Source: Eledone cirrhosa (lineage: Eukaryota). From it: DNA of 64,000 nucleotides. Below, piece by piece: positions 52,779-64,000 of the stretch. How positions within the stretch are numbered: the stretch's first letter is position 1; each line of letters starts with the position of its first letter. Below the pieces are notes generated by a model. It was not told where the DNA came from, searched no databases, and saw only the letters and a list, made by a program, of their open reading frames with translations. Position numbers and translations under genes: made by a program. The DNA lies in assembly GCA_964016885.1 (NCBI GenBank), contig OZ024746.1, positions 9,796,001 through 9,860,000 on the forward strand. The letters are read 5' to 3'.

Positions 52779-53093
52779 GGATTGGCATTCTGAGTTCAAA
52801 TCCCGCCGAGGTTAACTTTGCCTTTCATCCTTACAGGGTCAATAAAATAAAATACCAGTAATCTACTGGGTAATTGGTGGCCTTGTGCCAAAAGTAGAAA
52901 CAATTATTTAGTCAGATTGGCAGTATTGGTAGAGGGTCAGATGCCATGCTTTGACGCATAGAGTTACGGCCCTTTCCACTTTGAGTTCAAATCCTGCTGA
53001 GATTAACTTTGCCTTTCATCCTTATGGGGTCAATAAAATAAAGTACCAGTAATGCACTGGGTAATTGCTGGCCTTGTGCCAAATGTAGAAACA
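52779..53093 (+). mobile_element. Two tandem SINE family A copies, target sequence present three times
   Basis: attatttagtc at 52768, 52903 and 53094. Confidence 0.85.
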
Positions 53094-53168
53094 ATTATTT
53101 AGTCAAAATGATACAGCAAAGCTTCTATTTCAATTCCAAACTTCTCTCACGGTGTGCAAAACGTACAT

Positions 53169-53201
<33 letters not shown>

Positions 53202-53239
53202 TACACTTGCTTATATATATATATTTATATATATATATA

Positions 53240-53526
53240 TAAAGTCTGTCAAAAAAGGATCCAACACCTCAGACTGAGGAAAGATTTCTAATCCCTTTCG
53301 AACTAGGCGCCTTGAGTCTCCATTGACTTACCCTAACCATCCTTCCACTGTTTGAAGCATGTCTGGAATGCTTTTTCTAGAATGGCTCTTAACTCTGCTG
53401 TCACAGAGCACATGATATCCTTTCAGCTCTCAAAGTGAGAACCTTTCAGTGGTATTGGCATTTTGGGGAACAAACAAAAATCAGAAGGAGCCATGTCATT
53501 ACTTTTGGATACTTTCATGACAGCCC
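53240..53526 (-). mobile_element. Mariner/Tc1 transposon 3' remnant
   Basis: MAPSDFCLFPKMPIPLKGSHFES resembles the mariner DLAPSDFxLFxxLKxxLKGxxF motif. The end abuts TA. Confidence 0.7.
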
Positions 53527-54363
53527 ATACATACATACATACATACATACCTACATACATACATACATACATACCTACATACCTACATACATACATACAT
53601 ACATACATACATACCTACATACATACATACCTACATACATACATACATACATACATACATACATACATACATACATACATACATACATACCTACATACAT
53701 ACATACATACCTACATACATACATACATACATACATACATACCTACATACATACATACCTACATACATACATACATACATACCTACATACCTACATACAT
53801 ACATACGTACATACCTACATACATACATACCTACATACATACCTACATACATACATACCTACATACATACCTACATACATACATACATACATACATACAT
53901 ACATACATACATACATACATACATACCTACATACATACATACATACCTACATACATACATACATACATACCTACATACATACATACATACATACATACAT
54001 ACATACATACCTACATACATACATACATACCTACATACATACATACATACCTACATACCTACATACCTACATACATACATACATACATACATACCTACAT
54101 ACATACATACATACATACATACATACCTACATACATACATACATACCTACATACATACATACATACCTACATACATACATACCTACATACATACATACAT
54201 ACATACATACATACATACATACATACCTACCTACCTACCTACCTACCTACCTACCTACATACATACATACATACCTACCTACCTACCTACCTACCTACAT
54301 ACATACATACATACATACATACATACATACATACCTACATACCTACATACATACATACATACA
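53527..54363. repeat. (CATA)n/(CCTA) tetranucleotide array
   Basis: Visible. Confidence 0.97.
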
Positions 54364-56473
54364 TATTGAGAATAGGAAACTAACAAAGTCGCTTATATAC
54401 ATTCTCTACACAAGAAAATATATACAAACCCATACTCAAACATTAGAACACAATAGGAAGTTTCTACAGGGTCACTCAACCCAGTAGAAATAGCAGCCAC
54501 ATTTTGCTCAAATTATACTGTACGATATTTTTTAGAAATATGGAAGCACACATCAGACAATGCAATCCCTGATATATAAAAAAGACAGGATGGTTATGGT
54601 TGGAATGCCTCTGTTTGTAGGGCTATTTGATCAGCATTGATAAAGTGCTAAACAGTGGCAACAATAATAGAAGAGAATTTTTCAGCCCAACAAATACATC
54701 AACAACAACAACATCAACATTGACAAGTAACAAGTAACTGAGATCATGAAGAATGAATGAGTACTAATAATAATAAAAAACACAAAAAAACTATCATTTA
54801 TTCAGTGAAGCAGCATTAAATATTCAATTATTACAGCCATTATACAGATATTTATCGACTAAATATTAAGCAGCATGGACATTATTATGTAAGCTCTTCC
54901 TGTTGAGTAAATATTCCAGCAAAAATGTGGATGACAGTATATACAATTGTTGTTTGATATTTTTGTTCTTGTTGTGTTGTTATTGTTTTTGTAGTTGCTA
55001 TTGTTGTTGTTTAGTCACAGGTCATCCATCTGATCTTTTTTTATTTGTATTTAGATTTGTTTTTTGCAGTCCTAGAGGACTATAATATCTGAGGTGTCTA
55101 TTATTTTTTAACCCAATAGAATATGATTTTAGGTGGATTTTACTGCTATGTCTAGATGATCAAGGGACCATGAAGCAATTCTTTTGCTGGTTCAGTCATA
55201 TATACGTTTTGGGGGGTTTTTTTTGTTTCTTTTATATCTAGCAGTTATTCTTGCTGGCAGTTTGGCAGAGGTTAGGACAAAATATCTTACAGTATTATTT
55301 CAATCAATAAAAAGTTAGCCTTGTGCCTATAGTAAAAATCATTATTCCAATCAATAAAATTAAGTATCAGACGAGATCAATGGATTGGTAAAATTGTTAG
55401 AATGTCATCTGAGATACCTTGTGGCATTTATTCCAACTATTTATGTTCTGATTTCTTGGAAGCAGACTTAATCCACTGCCACCTGTTCCTTGGATGTCTT
55501 TAGTGGAGTTTACCCTATTGCAAGCACTCAGACCAACAGTCATCTTCCCGGCAGCCTTGGAATCCCTAAAAATAAAGGATCAAGGACACACTCCACCTCT
55601 CCCTGAATATACTTTAAAACAAAACACTTGTGGTGTTTAAAAAGCAAATGAAGATTTTTTTTATAAGCTGATGGGCTTTTGTGAGACTTGAGGTAGATTT
55701 GCCTGGTATTTCTACTGGAGAAAGACAACATAGATGCTCCACAATGGATTATGTTTGTTTTTATTTCCAGAGTAGGTAGAGGAGTATTGTTTTATTCAAG
55801 AGAGCTGTCAGAAAAAGATATCCCCTGTGAAAGAATGTTCCTGTAACTAAATAAAGTAACTGATCAATGTGAAAGTAGTACCAGCTGTTAATTCTGTGTT
55901 ATTGGGTGGAGGTATTTTTGTTATTTATTCTAGTGGGTGGGGTTGAGGTCGTTTTATTTCATTGTTTAGTCAGGGAGAGAAGAGCTGTGCCCATGGCCCA
56001 TTATTTTTTTCAAAACCTCCAAGACTGATAAGAGGATGGGATAAAATTATCCCTAAGTAGTTGCAACAGAGAGAATTCCACTAAAGTCACTCAAGGACCA
56101 GGGTATTGTGTTAGAACAGATGTTGGTAAAGTCTACCACCCAAAAACCCAAAACACAATTAACCAAAACAAACATTGCAAAGCATCTCATCTAACACTCT
56201 AACAATTCCATCAATCCACAGCCCTGGTGTGGTACTTTTTTTTGCCAACCTCGAATGGTCTTTGTTGGAAGTTAAACTGAGAAGGAGAGCCAGAACTAAT
56301 ATTATATATAAAGTATTTTGTCCTCGGCTCTGATGTCTCTAGCAATTCACCAGTTGTGGCCACAATGAGAATGGTGTTGCTGCTTTGATGGTTGGGGATA
56401 AAAGAAAATGAGAAGTGAGATGTATGGACTATTAAGATGTCAGGAGATCAATTATTGACTGATATTATTAATA

Positions 56474-56864
56474 TGGTGGTGATGGCGGTGGTGGTGGCGG
56501 TGTTGGTGATGGTGGTGCTGCTGGTGGTGGTGGTGCTGCTGCTGCTACTGCTGCTGGTGCTGCTGCTACTACTACTGCTGCTGATGCTGGTGCTGGTGGT
56601 GGTGGTGGTGCTGCTGCTGCTGGTGCTGCTGCTGCTCGTGGTAGAAACAGCTGATAATGGGGAAAGATAATAACAGCTAATAGTGGTCTTGTTACGTATG
56701 ATGTTGGCATGTTGATGTAGCTGGCTATGTTGGTAGTAGTAGTAGTAGTAGTAGTAGTAGTAATGATGGTGGTGGTGGTGGTGGAAGTAGTAGTAGTGGT
56801 AGTGGTAGTAGTGGTAGTGGTGGTGGAAGTAGTAGTGGTGGTGGAAGTAGTAGTGGTAGTAGTG

Positions 56865-56895
<31 letters not shown>

Positions 56896-57030
56896 TAGTG
56901 GTGGTGGAAGTAGTGGTAGTGGTGGTGGAAGTAGTAGTGGTGGTGGAAGTAGTAGTGGTAGTAGTGGTAGTAGTAGTAGTAGTGGTAGTAGTGGTGGTGG
57001 AAGTAGTGGTAGTAGTAGTGGTAGTAGCAG
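56474..57030. repeat. (GGT/GCT)n and (GTA/GTG)n microsatellites
   Basis: Visible. Confidence 0.95.
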
Positions 57031-57364
57031 TAGATAATTATCATTGTCATAAAAAGACTATAGATAGGGACAATATGGTGTTAGCATATAAATATTAATA
57101 GCTGGAAGTTAAGGTGATTGTCACAATGACAGTAGTGGTAATGATAATAGTGTTGATAGTGGATGAAACAATAATGATAGCTGTGGTCATGCTAATATTT
57201 ACAAGAGAAGGTGGGGTAATGAGACACCACAGTGAACAATGGTCATAGCTACAGGTAATATACTAAATATCTTACACTATTGTTACTCTAAATTCTACCA
57301 AAAATCTCATAGAAATTTAGATAGGTCCCATAATTCCTTACTTGAGTCAATAAAATAATGTCTG

Positions 57365-57480
57365 GCATGGCTTTCAGTTTGGGTTCAGTCCCACTGTGTG
57401 CTACCTTGGGCAAGTGTCTGCCTCTGTAGCTTCAAGTTTGACCAATGACTCAGGAATGAGATTTAAAGGACTGAAACTGT
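57365..57480 (+). mobile_element. Older SINE family E (degraded copies near 10390, 45410, 59525, 60760)
   Basis: gggttcagtcccactgtgtgctaccttgggcaagtgtct...gaaactg shared among the copies. Confidence 0.55.
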
Positions 57481-57493
57481 GTGTGTGTGTGTA

Positions 57494-57806
57494 TCATGAT
57501 CATCATCATCGTTTTACGTCTGCTTTCCCCTGCTTGCAAAGGTGGGACGGGAACTGATTCTGGCTTGATTTCTACAGCTGGATGCCCTTCCTAACACCAA
57601 CCTCATTTACAGTGAGTGCTGGTTGGTTTTTTTTCCGTGGCACCTCCACGTCCACTTTACAGTGTGGGCTGGGTGCTTTTTTGCTGCGGCACCTCCAGTC
57701 CTATCATCTCATTTCTACAGCTGAGTAAACTGGAGCAATGTGAAATAAAGTGTCTTGCTCAAGGAAACAACACATCACCCGGTCTGAGAATTGAACTCAC
57801 AGCCTT
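57494..57806 (-). mobile_element. SINE family B
   Basis: Reverse complement of family B. Confidence 0.85.
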
Positions 57807-57884
57807 CTTTTTCCGTCTTTTAGGGGTCTTGACTCTATTTTATAAGTTATCTTTATAGCATTTCTGCACTTGAGCACTTTCTTA

Positions 57885-57917
<33 letters not shown>

Positions 57918-59277
57918 AAATCAATGTTTAGCAAATAGAGAAACTAAATGTATTTTTTACACGTAGGAACACATACTTTATTATTATATATATATATATA
58001 GATAGATAGATAGATATAGATATATTCTCAGAGCTTCAAAAGACAAAGACAAAATAAACTAAGATTTGCAATAAAATGACTTAAAACTGGACAAAGGTCC
58101 GTACATCTAAGACATGAGTACAGGATAGTAACACTTGGAAAGAATATTGAAGACTTCCATCTGAAAACAAGTACATGGAAGGGAGAACAGAAAAGGACAT
58201 ACAGCCCTTCATATCATTCCTGGGGAGATGTGGTTAGAACTTATTTCTAGGCTCTGAACTACAGAGAGGAGATACAAAGATACAGTGAGTACAATGAGTC
58301 ACTGGTTATGATGTCAAAAACCAATCTAACACATGCAAGCATGGGAAATAGATGTAAAGTGTTGATATTGATGTTGATATGTATACACGAAACATTTAAA
58401 ATAGAGAAATATAAGCAGCTGAAGCAGTTTAAAGAAAGTTACTGTTTAACTCCAAACTGTATATAGTTACACATATTTAATTTTTTAAATTATTTTGAGA
58501 CTCTGCAGTATATGTTACATATTTTTCAGAAAACCAATATTATTCTATAATTATATTCTAAACTACTGAAAGAATGTTATAATTTACTTTAAATTTTTTT
58601 TTGGTGGTGTTTTGTCTTTCCTCATTTGCTCTTCCTATAGTCTGTAAAATTCATTATTTTGTTACTTTATTCTCTCTATGTAAAAAATATAAACTACTAT
58701 TTCCTCTTCTAATTTTCATGCCAAATTAACTTGTTCAAGAACCTATACCTATTTTTTTATCTTTTAGTCAAGAGAAGGTACCCATGACCCTTTTCATGGG
58801 CTTTGAAACTAGTGGGGGGGGGGATAATATCCTCAAATTGAAAACCTGGCCTAAACTTTTGCAAAAGAGTAGATTATGCTAAAAACACCCAAGGTTCAGA
58901 TGGTACTGTTAAACTGAACAGATTACATCTACCACATGTGTATGCCAGAACAAATACCACAAGGCACTCCAGTCAACTTTATGATAATGTTTCTAGTCCA
59001 CTGCCCTAGATTGCTATTTTATTTAAAGACCCCAGAAAGGATTAAAGCAGAATGCAAGGAACTGGAATGAGTACTACAAGGTATTTTGTCCAATTCTCTA
59101 CTGCTTCTCCACCTACAAACAATTAGCTTAAGACAATATGATAGCCATTATTAGAAAAGATAAATCCAATAATAAGACTGATTACAAAAGCCTTATAATA
59201 TTTGTGGGTCACTCCCAAGTTTTAAAGCCCTGTCAGTCAGTAATAAAGACTATGAGAATCTGAGTGTGGTACCTTAA

Positions 59278-59510
59278 CCCTTTAACATTTACATTACTCT
59301 ATATATACTATTATATATACTATTGTATTTTCGTGGTAAAGGCTTTACCTCACACGATTATCTCACATAATATCGAATCTACAAGATTTTTATACTATTT
59401 ATTTTGAGATTAATAACTTAACATCAGTATGAGCGTCCGGTTACAGCCAATTTGAATGGAAAGAGATGAGAGAGTTCTGACCAGATATGGCCGGTTTAAA
59501 TGCTAAAGAG
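59278..59510. mobile_element. piggyBac-like MITE (partial copy at about 32715-32826)
   Basis: TTAA|ccctttaacattta...taaatgctaaagag|TTAA: terminal inverted repeats with a TTAA target. Confidence 0.7.
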
Positions 59511-60964
59511 TTAAGTAAATGCAAGCGTGGATGTCTGTTTAAGAAATTAACTTTCACCTTTATACTTTGGGGTTCAGTCACATGGTAGAGTATCTTCTAC
59601 CATAGTTTTGAGTTTACCTAAATCTTTTGAATGAAATGTAGAAGGCAGAAACTGTATGTAACTTTGTTAAAGAGACTGATCTTGTTCTTGGATGGGTGGT
59701 AGACTTAATCCATTGTCCTCGAGCCAACTCTGATGCAGACATCCAGACCAGATCCCCAGTATGAGGATAACTTCTTCTCTTTCTCCCACCAGTATTGGAA
59801 ACCCCCAAAAGGGTCTGGGTGGGTGCTGTTCTTCTTCACTAACTAAGACATTAAAAATATAATAAAAATACTATATTGGCAGCATGACCCTCCTAAAGTA
59901 TAACAAATACACTATAGTCTGTTAGAAAAGATCGAAACTGACTACAGCTAATGAACAACATTAGATAACGCTCACACACTTCACTGTTAAATAATAAATG
60001 TTATGAAAAGCATCCAAGAAGCCATACAAATAATGAAGTTTTCAGAAACATTTGCCTTGTTGTAACATGTATAGAAAAGTAGATATAAAGTTGTAATAAA
60101 ACTATGTTGTTAATCCATCACTTCAGGATCGATGACAGCTCAAGAATGGAAATCTAAAATGAGGAAATTAAAACTTGTTTTTCACTTTCTTTGTTTTTTA
60201 GTTTTATTTTTTTTTATTTTTCAAATTCTTTACTTCATTTTTCAAGAAAGTTATAATTAAATGCTGTTTCCATTAAATTGTACTGCAGTAAATGGATTGT
60301 TCCATGTGAATTTTATTGTCATAGAATGTTCCAGATATTTTCCTTTGAGGAAATCATTATCTGCTATTTCATTGTATTTCTATTAAAGAACATTTTGTAA
60401 AGAAAATCTTCTGAATGCTTTCATTATAGATATTTAGATAGTTGCTTTGTAACAGTTGCTTTATAGCATGGTTATTTCAGAGCATTGGTATAATAAAATG
60501 GTTGTTTTGTACCATTGGTATGGTGAAATAGTTTCATAACAAACTAGTTTACAAAGACTTAATTCCTCAGAGAAACAGCTACTGTTAATGGATAACAACA
60601 ACAGCAATAATAGTAATAATATTAACAAAATTAATAGTAGTAGTAGTAGTAGTAGTAGTAGTAACAAGAAATCTACCTGAAGTTTGTAACAGTGACATTC
60701 TTACAATTTCCATACTTTGAATAATTGTTTGATTTTATATTCATTGGATTAAAGCAGGTGGTAATGTGATGTAGATTGCTACCTGTAGGATTAAATAGTT
60801 TATTTCATAACTAGTGTTCTGGGTTCAATATCATTACACAGCTCCTTGGTTAAATGTTTTCTACCACAGCCTCAAATCAGCCAATGCTTTGTGCGTGCCA
60901 ATTTGTAGGCAGAAACTGTGCAGAATCCCACCATATATGTGTATATCATATTAGAGAGAATTTA

Positions 60965-61305
60965 TGTATAATGGATGTGTAAAGCTAATCTGCATGAAAA
61001 ATGGAGCACAAGTAAGATTAGAAAATAATTGGGCATTAGAGACTTATGCGCAGGTTAGACGCTTGTATTGATATGGGCATGTAATATATAAGGATGATGA
61101 ATGCAAAGTGAGTAATTGCTGTGAGCTGTTGTTGGTGAGACATTTAAGAAAGAGAAATATGAAGTGAGATATGGAATGAAGGCGTGAAGCTAAATCTCAG
61201 GACTTTAGAGAATAGATGATGATAGATTAAGACAATTGACAAAATGTTGTATGGTAGACCTATCTAACCCATGCTGGTAGGGGAAAACAAACATTAAAAC
61301 ATCGA
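60965..61305 (+). mobile_element. Highly decayed RTE LINE 3' end
   Basis: WMCKANLHEKWSTSKIRK*LGIR...RRLY*YGHV, followed by ctaacccatgctgg...aaacattaaaac, which resembles the SINE tails. Confidence 0.6.
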
Positions 61306-62482
61306 TAGCAGTGAATAAGGTGATCTAGAACAAATAAATGGATAAATGAAGAACTTTAATTTATAATTGGTTAATTTATAATGATACTCAAGTTGCTTAA
61401 AGAAAGTATTAAAGGAAATAGCTTGTGGTTAAGGATTAAGGATAATTTAAAGGAAATTAGATGAGAGCAAAGTTTGACCTGGGAGTTTGATGAATGACTG
61501 AGAATAGAGTAAATTATAATGAAGATGTCTGTTAGAACTATTAAATTCACGGCAGCAAATAATCAAATAAAATCATTATAATACAGGTGATATGTAAAAG
61601 TAAGACTTTGATACTCCAAATATAAAGATCATTCATCAACATCATTGTTATTCTACTTGTTTCTGGCATAGTTTGGACAGGTACAGTTACAAATGTATTA
61701 ACAGTAATATGAAAGTCTATGAGATAATTTTAACAAAATTAGTCCAGGATAGGGTTGCTTTATGAATGGAATTGCTAGATGGAAACATTGTGGAAGAGTG
61801 TTATATCTGTGAGAACTAACAACATGCTGTGTTGGGGACAAAATAATACAACGACTGGCAATATGCTGAGCTGATGACAGTATCTCAACTATTACTGTAC
61901 CTCCACAACTATCTAGTTGGCATGGGACAAAAGAACTGCTATGCTAATCATTAAGAATAGCATTCTCCTACATTGCAATAACATGGAAAACTATATGAGC
62001 AAATAGCATGTGACGTACATAGCTGAATGATTTCAACAACTCAACTTTGTATTTTGAGGAGAGGTGGTACTTTTAATTTGCATTGATTTCTTTAACCAGA
62101 TTTTCTTAAATTTTCATTACATATTCACCTGTATTTTATTCCCTTCTAATCTATACAAACATTCTTTATTCTTTGCTCAGGTTTTACAGGCAATATAATA
62201 TAAAAACCACTCATTTTCTATAAAAAGATGTCCTCATAAAATTGTGCAAATCACTTTTTATTGATCTTTACATAAAGCAAATTTTGAACGTGCCAAATAA
62301 ATATAGATTTCTTTATCCATTAATTTATGATGAATTACTTGTAATTTCATTTGATGTATTCGTAATTTTGTTAATTATTTAATTTTCAATGCGACAAAGA
62401 TTCTATCCTTTCATAAAAGACACACAATACACTTTTACATTTCATATTTTTTTATTTATAACTTTCCATATTTTATTTGCAG

Positions 62483-62634
62483 CCAGAAGAATTGACACAA
62501 GCATTGGAATATAGCAATATAGTCTTCAGTTTCCTTTTTGCTGTTGAAATGTTGCTCAAAGTTGCAGCATACGGTCTTTTTGGATACATCAGTGATGGGT
62601 TCAATTTATTTGATGGATTCATTGTAGTGTTAAG
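62483..62634 (+). CDS. Cav3: Cav3 exon: domain II S2-S3 (absent from ORF track)
   Basis: tatttgcag|CCA...TTAAG|gtaagc, 152 nt. Translates [50 protein letters not shown](S), continuing directly from EYHDQ. Confidence 0.95.
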
Positions 62635-64000
62635 GTAAGCTTCTATGTTTTTCCTTAATCATTTCGTTAGAATATTTTTAATAAAAGACATTGCCAGTAA
62701 TGGTCAAACTATTTTGAAAACAATAAAGAATTTCGAAGGATTTAGTAAAAATAACTAATTTTTGTATATTTATCAGGTGTTTGGAATGTAACTTAACAAA
62801 GAATTGATTGACGAGTTTTAAATAAATATAAATGCTTCAAAATAACAACTCAGTATCAAAGAACCAGGGGCAGTTTCAGGCAGATTGGTATCAAGAGGAT
62901 TAAATGTATATAGTGTGTTTGATATATTATTAAATGTTTTTACTCTCTATGCCAAATCATATTAATACATGCACTTTTCTGAATAATGGAACAAGAAATA
63001 AGTCCAATTTAAATTCAAAAGAAAAATCTTTTAGCTCTTTTAATACCAAACTGCCTGAAACTGCTCTTGATTCTAGAATACAAAATTGTTTCCTTTAAAA
63101 TGTTTATATTTATCTAAGAAACTTTAAGCTATGGTTGGGATGATGATAATGATGATGGTGGAGGTAGTAGTGGCAGAGGAATAGCAAGCAGTTGTGAGGA
63201 GGGTCAGTCTTCACACTCTTCCAGTACAGGTATAAAGGGGCACAAAGTTTCTCCTGAGCTATAATGCCTGTTAATTGAGGTGGGTGCCTCCCAAAATGTC
63301 TTTCTCCTCCCAGAGGAGCTGGTGATGGTGGAATAACGATGACAATGAACATGATGATGGTCATGATTGTGACTAACAACTGGTAAAAGTTCACGTTAAG
63401 GAAAGTGACCTTCGAGATGCTGCAGGTTACCAGCATCAGTAAGAGTCAATACAAATGCTAGTATTCATGGCATGAAGAAACAACAATTCTCCTAAAGTCT
63501 CACATTCTCCCTTGATATTTGTCCCTAGTTCAGCCCTGATCAAGCAGGTCTATAATGAAAGACATTCCACCTGTGGCCACTCCATCTAGGACTACTTTAT
63601 CCAGCACATCATTTCTTCTTTTCCATGATAGGAAGATATTATTTGAGGAAGATTTGCGGCTGTTTTCAACTGGTCACATGACCACACCAGTGCCAGATTT
63701 TTACTTAATATTTAAATTTTACAAAGTTTAGGAGTCCCTTGTTAAAAAGTTACACCAGGTCTCACAAAAATTGATAACATATATGCTTTTTAATTATTTT
63801 TTTAGCTCCCCTGTAGATTGCGTGGCTCTAAGTTTACATTTGCATAGCCTGTGCCTAAATCTAGTACCAGACTGCTCAGAGGCAACATACTGTTGTTTAC
63901 TAAATATTAGATGTAAGATGTCTACAGAAAGATTGTAACAGAGATTATTTATCTGGGAAAACATTAAAAGTAGACATTAAAAATTGATCAGAAAGAAAGA

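Noticed and set aside
53274-53305. CTGAGGA...GAAC hammerhead-like string
   Set aside because: It lacks GAAA and stems I and III, and lies in the mariner end. Isolated CTGAnGA hits at about 6637, 25787, 37875, 47485 and 61871 were also rejected for lacking stem II-GAAA.

Overview
AT-rich, microsatellite-dense eukaryotic genomic DNA. It is most consistent with a coleoid cephalopod (octopus-like), an inference from repeat content and channel sequence. The whole window lies inside one + strand gene, a T-type voltage-gated calcium channel alpha-1 subunit (Cav3). Six GT-AG exons chain in frame: 5004-5286, 9992-10084, 27982-28840, 36200-36412, 38828-38949 and 62483-62634. They encode the domain I turret and pore, IS6, the gating brake and I-II linker, and IIS1-S3. 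The introns hold several tRNA-derived SINE families, LINE remnants (CR1-like, RTE, R4/Dong-like, Penelope-like), a mariner remnant, piggyBac-like MITEs and long simple repeats; almost all long ORFs in the track are repeat artefacts. The main unexpected signal is a set of short non-coding elements in (TA)n tracts, often with inverted fold-back arms. They carry minimal type I hammerhead ribozyme motifs with palindromic stem III, in at least five sequence-unrelated versions, one with a U3-A8 covariant core. A decayed Penelope-like C-terminal fragment lies beside one fold-back. Together these suggest non-autonomous Penelope-derived (retrozyme-like) elements. Ribozyme activity is predicted from sequence only.
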